Positions 56,716 to 64,000 of a DNA stretch of 64,000 nt are shown here, one piece after another. The notes under the pieces were generated by a model, which did not search any database, was not told where the DNA came from, and was given only the letters and a program-made list of their open reading frames with translations. Source of the stretch: Candidatus Bathyarchaeota archaeon (GTDB lineage Archaea; Thermoproteota; Bathyarchaeia; 40CM-2-53-6); assembly GCA_005881695.1 (NCBI GenBank), contig VBBT01000104.1, positions 14,941 through 78,940 on the forward strand, read 5' to 3'. Numbering within the stretch: position 1 is the first letter of the stretch; each line of letters starts with the position of its first letter. The position numbers were made by a program, and so were the translations under genes.

Positions 56716-57776
56716 GTGGTGGAGAAAAGTCGGTTGTCACAACAGGCTCCCTGGAATAAGTCACAGAAATTGCTCGTCAAGCTCGACGAGGAGACAGACC
56801 CGGCGTTAGGCTGTCCGCCAGAGAAGAGGACGATTGATCAGCACATCCGGTTCGGTCTGATCAACCTGGATAAGCCCTCAGGCCCATCAAGCCACGAAGT
56901 CGTCGCTTGGGTCAAACGTCTCCTTCGGTTGAACCACGCTGGCCACGGTGGAACTCTAGAGGTCCCCTTCGGGGCCGGAGTAATCCGATGGTCACCGGCG
57001 TTCTTCCGCTCGCCCTAGAAGACGCTACCAAGACGATCCAGGCATTCCTCCTCACCGGGAAGGAGTACGTCTGCCTAATGACAATGCACGGCGACGTCGA
57101 CCAGACCAAACTCCGCGGTGTACTGGAGGAATTTGTCGGCGACATATTCCAGAAACCCCCAGTGAGAGCCGCGGTCAAGAGGGAAGTCCGGAAAAGAACA
57201 ATCTACTCGATCGACGACGTAGAAATTGATGGCAGACAGGTTCTATTCCGCGTCGCCTGTCAGGCAGGAACCTACATCCGGAAACTAGTTTACGATGTCG
57301 GAGAAGTTCTCGAAGTAGGCGCTCATATGCGAGAACTCCGCAGAACGAGATCCGGATCCTTCACCGAAAGGGACGTACATTCACTCTACGATATACTCAA
57401 ACTCTCTCAGGCCTCTTCGGACGACAGGGAAGGGATGGTCCGGCAAATCATCAGACCGATGGAAGACGCGTTCGACTATGTTCCGCGAATCTACATTCGC
57501 GACTCTGCCGTTAGCTCAATATGCCACGGGGCAGATCTTGCTGTTCCTGGGATAGTCAAGCTAAGCGAGGGGATACGTCCCAAGACCGCGATCGCGCTTT
57601 TTACGCTCAAAGGAGAACTCGTCGCATTATCAAGAGCCCTTATCGGAACCGAACAGATGATGAAGGACGAGCGCGGGCTCGCTGCTAAGACGGTTAGAGT
57701 GATCATGCCGACTGACACCTATCCCAAGCTGTGGAAACCGAAGCACCGTCGTTCCGTGGTAACCCAGTTCAATTGA
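56716..57776 (+). CDS. cbf5: tRNA/rRNA pseudouridine synthase Cbf5 (H/ACA RNP catalytic subunit); interrupted by a 23-nt intron at 56961..56983
   Basis: Exon 1 (frame 1) ...LINLDKPSGPSSHEVVAWVKRLLRLNHAGHGGTL and exon 2 (frame 2) PMVTGVLPLALEDATKTIQAFLLTGKEYVCLMTMHGD... Removing ggtccccttcggggccggagtaa joins cta-ga|t-ccg, giving GHGGTL-D-PMVTG. That is the universal TruB/Cbf5 catalytic motif GTLDPxVTG, with the Asp codon split by the intron. The intron folds into a cCCC-UUC-GGGg hairpin. Confidence 0.8.
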
Positions 57777-57781
57777 CAAGC

Positions 57782-57946
57782 TTGAGCACGAACAAGGTCA
57801 CGTTCGTCTGCAATTGTGGAGATGAGATTACGGTCGAGGTTAATCCTGATCAAGAAAACGAGGTTGTGTGTCTAAAGTGTGGCCAGCAATATCGGTTCTT
57901 TGGACAGAGTGTTCTGAGATGGGGCGGCAGTTCAGGTGAAGAATAA
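57782..57946 (+). CDS. Small zinc-ribbon protein
   Basis: (M)STNKVTFVCNCGDEITVEVNPDQENEVVCLKCGQQYRFF. A C-x-C...C-x2-C ribbon; TTG start just after the cbf5 stop. Confidence 0.4.
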   Translation: MSTNKVTFVCNCGDEITVEVNPDQENEVVCLKCGQQYRFFGQSVLRWGGSSGEE

Positions 57947-58777
57947 CACTGAGATTGCGACCAGTGTCCAAAGCGGGATGGCGACAGCCGCCCAGATCTT
58001 TCGATCCCACGTGTAGACCTTCTGTCCATCTAGTATGAAGAAGGGTATCATGTTGAACGCGCCAAGCCAGATATTGATCTGAACTCCCACTCGGAGGAAG
58101 TGGAAAGCGTTGCCGACTACCAAGTCCCCAAAGCCTAGAGCAGTGGAGCCCGCCAGAGCGATGGCGAAGATCGCGGCGGCTGCGATGTTGACCATGGGTC
58201 CGACGAGAGAGATTACTCCATTGGCCTTCCGATCGATTCCCTCGCCAAAATAACTCGAGCGTGAGGCGATGTATACGGCTCCGGGGGCGGCGAAGATGAA
58301 GGTGCCTTGTGAGATTACTGCGAACAAGAGGGCCATGATTGCGCCTACTGTCCAGAGTTTGAATTCTGCCCAACATCCATAACGTTGGGCGCTGAACTTG
58401 TGCGCCAACTCGTGCCCCAGGAATCCCGTTCCGATAACTAAGAGCGTTAACAGAAAGACCTCCAATACCTCTAGGGGTCTTAGGCCACTGAACACGTATC
58501 TCATCGAGAAACTGAGACCAAGGACGAGGAGAGCAGCGCTGAGCGCGTAGAGTTCTCGGCTTGATATTGAGGAGAGCTTTGGCGCTCTGATAAGTCTCAG
58601 GTTTGTCCCGGTTGAGCGCCGTTCGACTCGGATGATGGGCTTTGGGGCTCGTGCTTGCTGGATGTTGGGGCATTCGTGGTTTTCGGGGAGTCGGTGGTAG
58701 ACGCAGTGAACACGGCCGCAGTATCTGCATACGTAGGGGATGAATTCTTCCGCCCCGCAGACGGCGCAGCGTTCCAT
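57932..58777 (-). CDS. AN1-type zinc finger fused to a site-2-protease-like (M50 family) intramembrane metalloprotease
   Basis: N-terminal CAVCGAEEFIPYVCRYCGRVHCVYHRLPENHEC (AN1-type C6H2 pattern). The membrane domain has HELAHKF (HExxH) and ...AFNMIPFFILDGQKV (the LDG motif of M50/S2P). The overlapping 57840..58730 alternative-frame ORF is Arg-rich and judged spurious. Confidence 0.6.
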   Translation of the reverse strand: MERCAVCGAEEFIPYVCRYCGRVHCVYHRLPENHECPNIQQARAPKPIIRVERRSTGTNLRLIRAPKLSSISSRELYALSAALLVLGLSFSMRYVFSGLRPLEVLEVFLLTLLVIGTGFLGHELAHKFSAQRYGCWAEFKLWTVGAIMALLFAVISQGTFIFAAPGAVYIASRSSYFGEGIDRKANGVISLVGPMVNIAAAAIFAIALAGSTALGFGDLVVGNAFHFLRVGVQINIWLGAFNMIPFFILDGQKVYTWDRKIWAAVAIPLWTLVAISVLFFT

Positions 58778-59077
58778 GATTGTTCAGTGATTGTCTGCTT
58801 GCCCACTTAAAATCGTGCCTGCGAGGGGGATACTTCGTAGTAACGACCGTGTGTGTTGGTCGGTTACGCGAGGCTTAGAATCGTATCTCACGACTTGGCC
58901 GATTCAAGGGTGGCGTCCCCCGGGCGCGGACACTGCCATTCGCCCGTTAAGGGTTGACGGCTGGCCCGCACCCACCGCCACTCTAGTTCTTACTTCTCGA
59001 ACGGTCGAAGTTTCAGCAGCTGTTTTGGGTTTCTTTCCCAAAGGGGAAAATAGTTCCTCGTAAACGGGCTTAGGCTG

Positions 59078-59195
59078 GGCCGGGATTCCTGAGCCTGGTA
59101 CAGGGCAGTCCACTAGAACCGTGTGGGCCAAAGCCTGGAAAAATGGGCTCCTGTCAGCCTGTGGTCCTTGCGGGCCGCGTGGGTTCAAATCCCAC
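59078..59195 (+). tRNA. tRNA gene, probably containing an intron (anticodon unresolved; D-arm and T-arm are canonical)
   Basis: gccggga-tt-cctg-agcctggta-cagg ... gtggg-TTCAAAT-cccac-tcccggc-g-CCA. The 7-bp acceptor stem, D-arm, T-arm and encoded CCA are all present. About 40 extra nt lie between the D-arm and T-arm, so a canonical anticodon arm cannot be drawn without removing an intron. A possible class II variable hairpin is ggtcc-ttgc-gggcc. Confidence 0.5.
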
Positions 59196-59335
59196 TCCCG
59201 GCGCCAACCTAAGAATCAGCTGTGACGAGCATGTTTTCTTCGGTGTGTTTGGTGCATCTCTTTCGGCCCGAGTCTTCGTATTGCTCTCTTGTGAATATAC
59301 TTGTTGAGAGGATTTAGTCCTAGGGTTTTTGAGAA

Positions 59336-59686
59336 ATGTCGGATCCCCCGTATGATGTCGAGAAAGATCCGTATCCATTGATGTCTAAGTGGCGCCAGTC
59401 CGAGAGGCATAGTATGATCGCGGCGTTAAGGGATCTGATCGACGAGGCTTCCAGGATGTCAAAGTCCAAGCGCGCTCCAGCAAGCGAGAGGATCAGGTGG
59501 ACCCGTCTTGCAGGCCAGTTGATCTGGTACAAGGACGCAATTCTGAGGAGTATGAGCCTTGAATCCATGGAGAATGAAATGTTCGTTATCAAGAAACAAG
59601 TCTTCGAAAAGAAACCGGAACAAAAACCTCCACCAGGCTACATGTACCCAACCTTCGCTGAGCCCGCCAAGAGATCAGAAACCTAA
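59336..59686 (+). CDS. Hypothetical protein
   Basis: 116-aa ORF with ordinary composition between the tRNA genes; no family recognised. Confidence 0.35.
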   Translation: MSDPPYDVEKDPYPLMSKWRQSERHSMIAALRDLIDEASRMSKSKRAPASERIRWTRLAGQLIWYKDAILRSMSLESMENEMFVIKKQVFEKKPEQKPPPGYMYPTFAEPAKRSET

Positions 59687-59998
59687 GAGCAGGGATAAAG
59701 TCCACGAATTTCGGGCGTATCAGCTAAGATGAGCCGATAATCAGCCCAGAACTCGATTCCAAGCAGGCGATTTTGAGAGCATAGATTTCCACGCTTGTCA
59801 CTCGGGGATTCCACGGGGATCAAGAAATCCTGGATAAGCCGATAACGAATCCGTCTCGAAAAAACAAGCCCAGAATCCCACCCGGACAGAAAGAGGATCC
59901 CGAAAATAAATTTGTATAACTTTTGCAGAGTCCCCGTGTGCCAGAGTGGGAGAGACAAAAGCCCGAAGGGAACGAAAGCCGTTGTTTGATTGTGAGTT

Positions 59999-60112
59999 TG
60001 GTGCGGGAGGTGGGATTCGAACCCACGAACCCCTACGGGACAGGCGCCTCAGGCCTGCGCTTACACGACCCTTGATCGAAGGGTCTCTTTGACCTGGCTT
60101 GGCAACTCCCGC
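59999..60112 (-). tRNA. tRNA gene with extra sequence (intron), possibly class II tRNA-Leu(GAG)
   Basis: Minus-strand sense: gcgggag-tt-...-caggc-cTGAGgc-gcctg-tcccgtaggggttc-gtggg-TTCGAAT-cccac-ctcccgc-a-CCA. Acceptor, T-arm and CCA are clear. There is a 5-bp stem with a 7-nt loop, cUGAGgc (U33, GAG, G37), followed by a 14-nt variable arm. About 28 extra nt in the D-region include the hairpin gaccctt-cgatc-aagggtc. Confidence 0.45.
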
Positions 60113-60299
60113 ATACCAAGTCTATTCCCGTATCGCAATGGAACAGATGCAAGCCCCTAATTGGCTTTCCCCGCTCCATCCAAATCGGGTCTGGATCAAG
60201 AGTACTGGAAAAACGTTTAATTCCGCCGCGACCGGTTCCCACAAACGCTCAGACTAGAGCATGCTCTAGCAGCTAAGATCACACACGTGAACCCCTGCC

Positions 60300-60746
60300 A
60301 TGACCACCGCAAAGAGAAAGACAAGGAAGCTCAGAGGGTCTAGATGCCACGGGTGGGGACGCTCGGGCCAACACCGAGACTCCGGAATGCTCGGCGGTCA
60401 TGGTAATGCGGGCTGGAAACGCCACAAATGGTCCGCAGTCATACGTTACAACCTGGAGATGGGAAGCAGAGGATTCCACCCCGTTAGGCAGAAGATAACC
60501 AACGCGATCAACGTAGGAGACCTGGTCCTACAACTAGACCGGCTGATAGAAGAGGGCTCCGCGAAACAAGCCGGCAACATCGTCGAGGTTGACCTTGGAA
60601 AGGCCGGCTACCAGAAACTGCTGGGAAACGGCAGGATAAGCCAGCCGCTAAGAATAATTGTTGCGAAGACCTCCGAACGTGCCCAAGAGAAGATCGGAAA
60701 AGCAGGCGGAGAAATCGTTCTCCCAACAAAGAACAAACAGGACTGA
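60300..60746 (+). CDS. rpl15: 50S ribosomal protein L15 (uL15)
   Basis: MTTAKRKTRKLRGSRCHGWGRSGQHRDSGMLGGHGNAGWKRHKW...; 148 aa. Confidence 0.9.
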   Translation: MTTAKRKTRKLRGSRCHGWGRSGQHRDSGMLGGHGNAGWKRHKWSAVIRYNLEMGSRGFHPVRQKITNAINVGDLVLQLDRLIEEGSAKQAGNIVEVDLGKAGYQKLLGNGRISQPLRIIVAKTSERAQEKIGKAGGEIVLPTKNKQD

Positions 60747-60764
60747 TCACTAACGGTCAGGTTC

Positions 60765-62252
60765 ATAGAGCTATTCCAACCCCTGACCAGAATTCTCCCC
60801 GGAGTCAAATCGCCCCAGAGAGAAGTCGGCTTCACCGAGAAGCTGATCTGGACAGCGGTCACACTAGTTGTCTATCTGATAATGTCAGAGACTCCTATCT
60901 ACGGAATCACGCATAGCGGGGCGGGCATAAACGATCAGTTCGGCCCTCTACGAGTCATCTTCGCATCCAACCGCGGAACACTAGTCGAACTCGGAATTGG
61001 ACCAATAGTCACAGCCGGACTAATCCTCCAAGTGCTCTCCGGCTCCAAGATGATCAACGTCGACTTCACAAACCCAGCTGACAGAGCGCTGTTCACAGGC
61101 GCAAGCAAGGTACTCTCGGTGTTCATGACTATCTTCGAGGGAATAGCCTTCCTGATAGGAGGAGCGTACAACGTACAAAACTCAGCGGGCCAACTTATCA
61201 CGCCCAGTCTACAATCTCAATTCCTAATTCTCGTCCAGCTCGTAGTCGCAGGAGTAGTGATCATACTTCTGGACGAGATGCTTCAGAAAAACTGGGGCTT
61301 CGGCAGCGGAATCAGCCTCTTCATAGCCGCAGGAGTCTGCCTCTCCATAGTATGGAGTACACTCGGGCCAATATCACCGGTCGCAGATGGGAAATACTTC
61401 GGCGCGATCTTCGCCTTCGCCCAGTCGATCGGGCCAGTACTCTCAAACCCGGGAAGCTTCTCCGCCTGGCAAAGCGCGCTCTACAGAGGCGGAAGCGGGC
61501 TCCCCGACATGGTCGGACTATTCACAACCCTCGGCGTGTTCATCCTCATAATCTACCTGAACGGCCTACGAGTCGAGGTCCCGGTCTCATACGCCAGATA
61601 CCGAGGCTTCCGAGGACGCTTCCCAATCAAGTTCTTCTACGTATCCAACATACCCGTCATCTTCGCCGCCGCCCTATTCGGAAACATCTTTTTCATCGGA
61701 CAACTCCTCTTCCAAAGATACAATCCCACGTGCTCCAGCACAGGCCTGAACTTCTGGCTCAGCCTATTCCCCGGCTGCTTCGTACCCACCAGCTCAACCA
61801 ACGCCCAACTCGTCCCCAGCAAAGGACTGGCATACTACACATTCGCCCCAAGATCCATCACCGTCGTCCTTCAAGACCCCATCAGAGCCGCAGTATACAT
61901 GGGAATCTTCGTACTCGCCTGCGTCTTCTTCGCCGTCACATGGGTGGAGGTAGGCGGAATGGATTCGAAGACAGTCGCAAAACAACTGATCGACTCTGGA
62001 ATGCAAGTAGAGGGATTCAGACGTTCTGGCACTACGATAAGACAAATCCTCGACCGCTACATACCGACCGTGACCATCATCGGAGGAATTGTCATAGGAA
62101 CCATAGCGGCAGGCGCTGACTTCCTCGGCGCCTTCGGCACCGGAACAGGGATTCTACTAACAGTAGGCATCATCGAACAATACTACGAGATACTAGTCAA
62201 GGAAAGAATCACGGAAATATACCCTGGAGTCAAGGGATTCCTCGGACAGTGA
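60765..62252 (+). CDS. secY: Preprotein translocase subunit SecY; conserved N-terminus lacks a canonical start codon
   Basis: The ORF track starts at ATG 60882 (MSETPIYGI). The same frame is open back to the rpl15 TGA stop and encodes FIELFQPLTRILPGVKSPQREVGFTEKLIWTAVTLVVYLIM. Compare M. jannaschii SecY ...LIPILEKIPEVELPVKEITFKEKLKWTGIVLVLYFIM (TM1). No in-frame ATG, GTG or TTG is present. Candidate initiators are ATA 60765 and CTG 60783. Coordinates around here may be off by one in my reading. Confidence 0.85.
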   Translation: MELFQPLTRILPGVKSPQREVGFTEKLIWTAVTLVVYLIMSETPIYGITHSGAGINDQFGPLRVIFASNRGTLVELGIGPIVTAGLILQVLSGSKMINVDFTNPADRALFTGASKVLSVFMTIFEGIAFLIGGAYNVQNSAGQLITPSLQSQFLILVQLVVAGVVIILLDEMLQKNWGFGSGISLFIAAGVCLSIVWSTLGPISPVADGKYFGAIFAFAQSIGPVLSNPGSFSAWQSALYRGGSGLPDMVGLFTTLGVFILIIYLNGLRVEVPVSYARYRGFRGRFPIKFFYVSNIPVIFAAALFGNIFFIGQLLFQRYNPTCSSTGLNFWLSLFPGCFVPTSSTNAQLVPSKGLAYYTFAPRSITVVLQDPIRAAVYMGIFVLACVFFAVTWVEVGGMDSKTVAKQLIDSGMQVEGFRRSGTTIRQILDRYIPTVTIIGGIVIGTIAAGADFLGAFGTGTGILLTVGIIEQYYEILVKERITEIYPGVKGFLGQ

Positions 62253-62261
62253 GCCAAGAAC

Positions 62262-62852
62262 GTGTCGCACACCATCATAGTAGCAGGCATACCAGGGGTT
62301 GGCAAGACCACTGTTCTCCAAGAACTGGAAACAGTTGCGCGCGAGAAGAGCATTCCGCTGAAGATAGTGAACTTTGGAAACGTGATGAACGAACTGTTCA
62401 AGAAACGTGGAAAGACCGTTCATCGAGACCACATGCGCCGCCAAGACCTTGAGCTCCAAGCCAAGGTCCAGGAGCAAGCCGCGCGCGAGATCGGAAAAAC
62501 CGCCGGCAAATCAGCCCTCGTGGTTGACACTCACATGTTCATCAGAACTAAAGACGGAATCTGGCCTGGAACGCCGCGAAGAGTCCTGGAGCAACTCCAT
62601 CCGGGACTGATCATTCTGATCGAAGCGGATCCCGAGGATATTGCGAGGAGAAGGAATGCGGACAGAACGCGCGAGAGAGACAGCAAGACAGTAGACGAGG
62701 CCCGGACCGATCTAGAATGGTCAAGATACATGGCAAGCGCCAATGCAGTTCTTGCGGGTGCTCCCATCCAGATTGTCCTGAATCCTGATGGGCATCAGAG
62801 AAGAGCGGCGGAGGACCTATTAGCGCTGATCCAGAAGCGGACCCTGCAATGA
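62262..62852 (+). CDS. adkA: Adenylate kinase, archaeal type
   Basis: IIVAGIPGVGKTTVLQEL P-loop, in the archaeal AdkA arrangement after secY; 196 aa. Confidence 0.9.
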   Translation: MSHTIIVAGIPGVGKTTVLQELETVAREKSIPLKIVNFGNVMNELFKKRGKTVHRDHMRRQDLELQAKVQEQAAREIGKTAGKSALVVDTHMFIRTKDGIWPGTPRRVLEQLHPGLIILIEADPEDIARRRNADRTRERDSKTVDEARTDLEWSRYMASANAVLAGAPIQIVLNPDGHQRRAAEDLLALIQKRTLQ

Positions 62853-63403
62853 GCTTCATCGACGACATTCTCAACACGCTAGCAGCCCCTCTTCGTCAAT
62901 ATAGTCATCCACCCTCTGCGACACTCCTAGTGCTGGGTGCGGCGATCGTTCTCTCGCTCATCACAATGTCCGCCAACAGGTTCCTTGTTAACTACAAGAT
63001 GATTGCAAACTCGAGACGTGAATACATGGCTTGGACGAGTGCAGTGCGCAAGGCCAAGAAAGACGGAGACGAGAAGGCGCTTGAGAAGCTTATGAGACGT
63101 CAGTCGGCTATGATGAAGATGAGCTCGCGCTCGACCTTCGAGCAGTTTAAGACATACCCAATCACGATCATCCCTTTTCTCTTGATCTACTACACGGTAG
63201 TCAGGGCGATCGGCTCGATCCCAGTAGCGTACGCACCGTTCCTCCTCCCATTCACCACAGCGACGGCCAACGGCATGTTTTCAGTACTGTCCCTGTTCTA
63301 CTGGTATCTTATCTGCTCGTTTACCCTGAGCATTCCACTTTCAAGGCTATTTGGAGTCCAATCTTCGTTCTCGATGACTCCAGCAACGGGAGATTCTAGT
63401 TGA
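62849..63403 (+). CDS. DUF106-family membrane protein (archaeal Oxa1/EMC3/TMCO1-superfamily insertase homolog)
   Basis: Conserved position after adk. Three TM helices with a coiled-coil insert; YPITIIPFLLIYYTVVRAIGSIPVAYAPFLLPF; 184 aa. Confidence 0.7.
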   Translation: MSFIDDILNTLAAPLRQYSHPPSATLLVLGAAIVLSLITMSANRFLVNYKMIANSRREYMAWTSAVRKAKKDGDEKALEKLMRRQSAMMKMSSRSTFEQFKTYPITIIPFLLIYYTVVRAIGSIPVAYAPFLLPFTTATANGMFSVLSLFYWYLICSFTLSIPLSRLFGVQSSFSMTPATGDSS

Positions 63404-63672
63404 CGCGCCCATCGCAGAGGACTAGCGGACGCCGAAAGAAAGTGCTCACTCTACCGTCTGGAATTCGGTCTATCCACTTTGAAGCCAAGGCGCACAGCAG
63501 CGCGCAATGCTCGCGATGCGGAGCAGAGTTACATGGAGTAGTGACGGGGAGACCGGTGGGCGTGGCAAAGAGCTCGCGTGTTCCCTCGCGTCCGTTTGGT
63601 GGAGTACTGTGCGGGAACTGTTTGGCATTTGAGATTAGACGAGTTGCTCGCGCGTCAGGTCCCATCGATTGA
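63400..63672 (+). CDS. rpl34e: 50S ribosomal protein L34e
   Basis: ...CSRCGAELHGVVTGRPV...GGVLCGNC. C4 zinc motif and basic composition typical of L34e; 90 aa. Confidence 0.8.
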   Translation: MTRPSQRTSGRRKKVLTLPSGIRSIHFEAKAHSSAQCSRCGAELHGVVTGRPVGVAKSSRVPSRPFGGVLCGNCLAFEIRRVARASGPID

Positions 63673-64000
63673 TTGTGACCGTTAGCGGGCCGCACGGGTC
63701 TGGTAAGTCTACATACGCGGCGAAGCTGGCCGGATCACTTGGTCTCCGCCACGTGTCGGCTGGGTTAATGTTCAGAAGGCTGGCAGAGGAGCGACAGGTC
63801 CTGCTGGAAAAATTTCAGGAACTGGCTGCCACGGATCCGAGTATCGACCGGTTGGTAGACGAAAGAACGATGGCAGAGGCGGAAAGGGGGGATGTCGTGG
63901 TCGATGGGCAACTCGCCGGGTGGGTTTTGAAAGAGATCTCTGATCTGAGAGTCCTATTGACTGCACCTTTAGTGGTGAGGCTGGAGAGGATTGCGGCACG
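63669..64000 (+). CDS. cmk: Cytidylate kinase, archaeal type. Partial: the 3' end runs off the window.
   Basis: (M)IVTVSGPHGSGKSTYAAKLAGSLGLRHVSAGLMFRRLAEE. P-loop GPHGSGKST; TTG start overlapping the rpl34e TGA (TTGA). Confidence 0.8.
   Translation, partial: MIVTVSGPHGSGKSTYAAKLAGSLGLRHVSAGLMFRRLAEERQVLLEKFQELAATDPSIDRLVDERTMAEAERGDVVVDGQLAGWVLKEISDLRVLLTAPLVVRLERIAA

Noticed and set aside
56716-57776. Interpretation of cbf5 as a frameshifted pseudogene or two-ORF split
   Set aside because: Removing exactly 23 nt restores the universal catalytic GTLDP motif with the Asp codon spanning the junction, and the removed piece forms a stable hairpin. An intron is far more parsimonious than decay in an essential gene.
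57840-58730. 296-aa ORF overlapping the AN1-S2P gene in another frame
   Set aside because: Arg/Pro/Ser-rich composition. The alternative frame encodes recognisable HExxH and LDG protease motifs.
58880-59000. GC-rich segment upstream of the plus-strand tRNA as a possible SRP or RNase P RNA fragment
   Set aside because: I could not find the conserved SRP domain-IV or RNase P P4 motifs by eye. It is more likely part of an extended tRNA leader or unremarkable GC-rich spacer, so it is left unannotated.
61352-62119. 255-aa Arg-rich ORF inside secY in another frame
   Set aside because: Extremely basic, repetitive translation. secY in the main frame is unambiguous.
1-64000. CRISPR arrays, IS elements and integrases
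   Set aside because: No regularly spaced direct repeats, transposase or integrase-like ORFs were seen on either strand. The only repeats are the short dyads near speH and the paralogous genes in the metal island.

Overview
This 64 kb window looks like an archaeal chromosome segment, most likely from the TACK lineage, with a Nitrososphaeria/Thaumarchaeota-like flavour (weak guess). Evidence for archaeal origin: aEF-1alpha, the archaeal RNA polymerase subunits RpoD and RpoN, e-type ribosomal proteins L14e and L34e, an archaeal adkA, a DUF106/EMC3-like gene after adk, and Cbf5. The lineage guess rests on amicyanin/plastocyanin-like blue copper proteins, an intron in cbf5, and tRNA genes with the flanking stretches needed to hold introns. 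GC is about 52-55%.

From start to end the window contains:
- 1-9.6 kb: a minus-strand surface-glycan island. It encodes glycosyltransferases of families GT4 and GT2, a polysaccharide deacetylase, and an aminotransferase/oxidoreductase/N-acetyltransferase trio resembling WbpE/WbpB/WbpD. That trio is typical of UDP-2,3-diacetamido-2,3-dideoxy-sugar synthesis.
- 9.9-19 kb: a type I GAPDH, a DUF359 dephospho-CoA kinase, a LigB-like dioxygenase, an MFS transporter, a LarA-like protein and an aldo/keto reductase.
- 19.6-25 kb: a minus-strand homogentisate pathway operon for tyrosine catabolism (HPPD, FAH, HGD, Fe-ADH, PRODH).
- 26-31 kb: a DhnA-type aldolase, AlaX-M, a nitroreductase and an ABC-2 exporter.
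- 31-41 kb: the most unusual region, a metal/copper-handling island, described in the findings.
- 41-64 kb: mostly core genes, with one GC-rich acquired oxidoreductase and two further intron-containing tRNA genes.

The metal island contains two membrane-anchored amicyanin-like blue copper proteins, a ZIP transporter, a divergently oriented NikR-NicO nickel pair, a Met-rich secreted protein, a thioredoxin, and a CDF exporter with a Cys-rich N-terminus. It also holds a secreted beta-propeller with WF(T/S)(D/E) repeats and an intron-bearing tRNA. Interleaved with these is an apparently undescribed family of paralogous membrane-tethered proteins. They have an N-terminal C2H2-like zinc finger and an extracytoplasmic domain carrying a P-x-H-T-H-D-x-S-G-x-I-H-V-E-x-N motif.

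The core genes from 41 kb onward are rps10, tuf, gdh, DGGGP synthase, HMG-CoA reductase, a type 1 IDI, mvk, a Memo-like gene, rps2, rpoN, rps9, rpl13, rpoD, rps4, rps13, speH, rpl14e and cbf5. After the two tRNA genes come rpl15, secY, adkA, the DUF106 gene, rpl34e and cmk.

Observations worth a second look:
- A 23-nt bulge-helix-bulge-like intron inside cbf5 sits exactly at the catalytic Asp codon.
- Several conserved genes appear to start on non-canonical codons that overlap the upstream stop codon (CTGA, ATAA, GTAA), alongside many ordinary ATGA/GTGA/TTGA overlaps.
- A GC-rich (about 65-70%) Gfo/Idh/MocA gene looks horizontally acquired.
- Palindromic TTTTTC-N-CCGG-N-GAAAAA elements flank speH.
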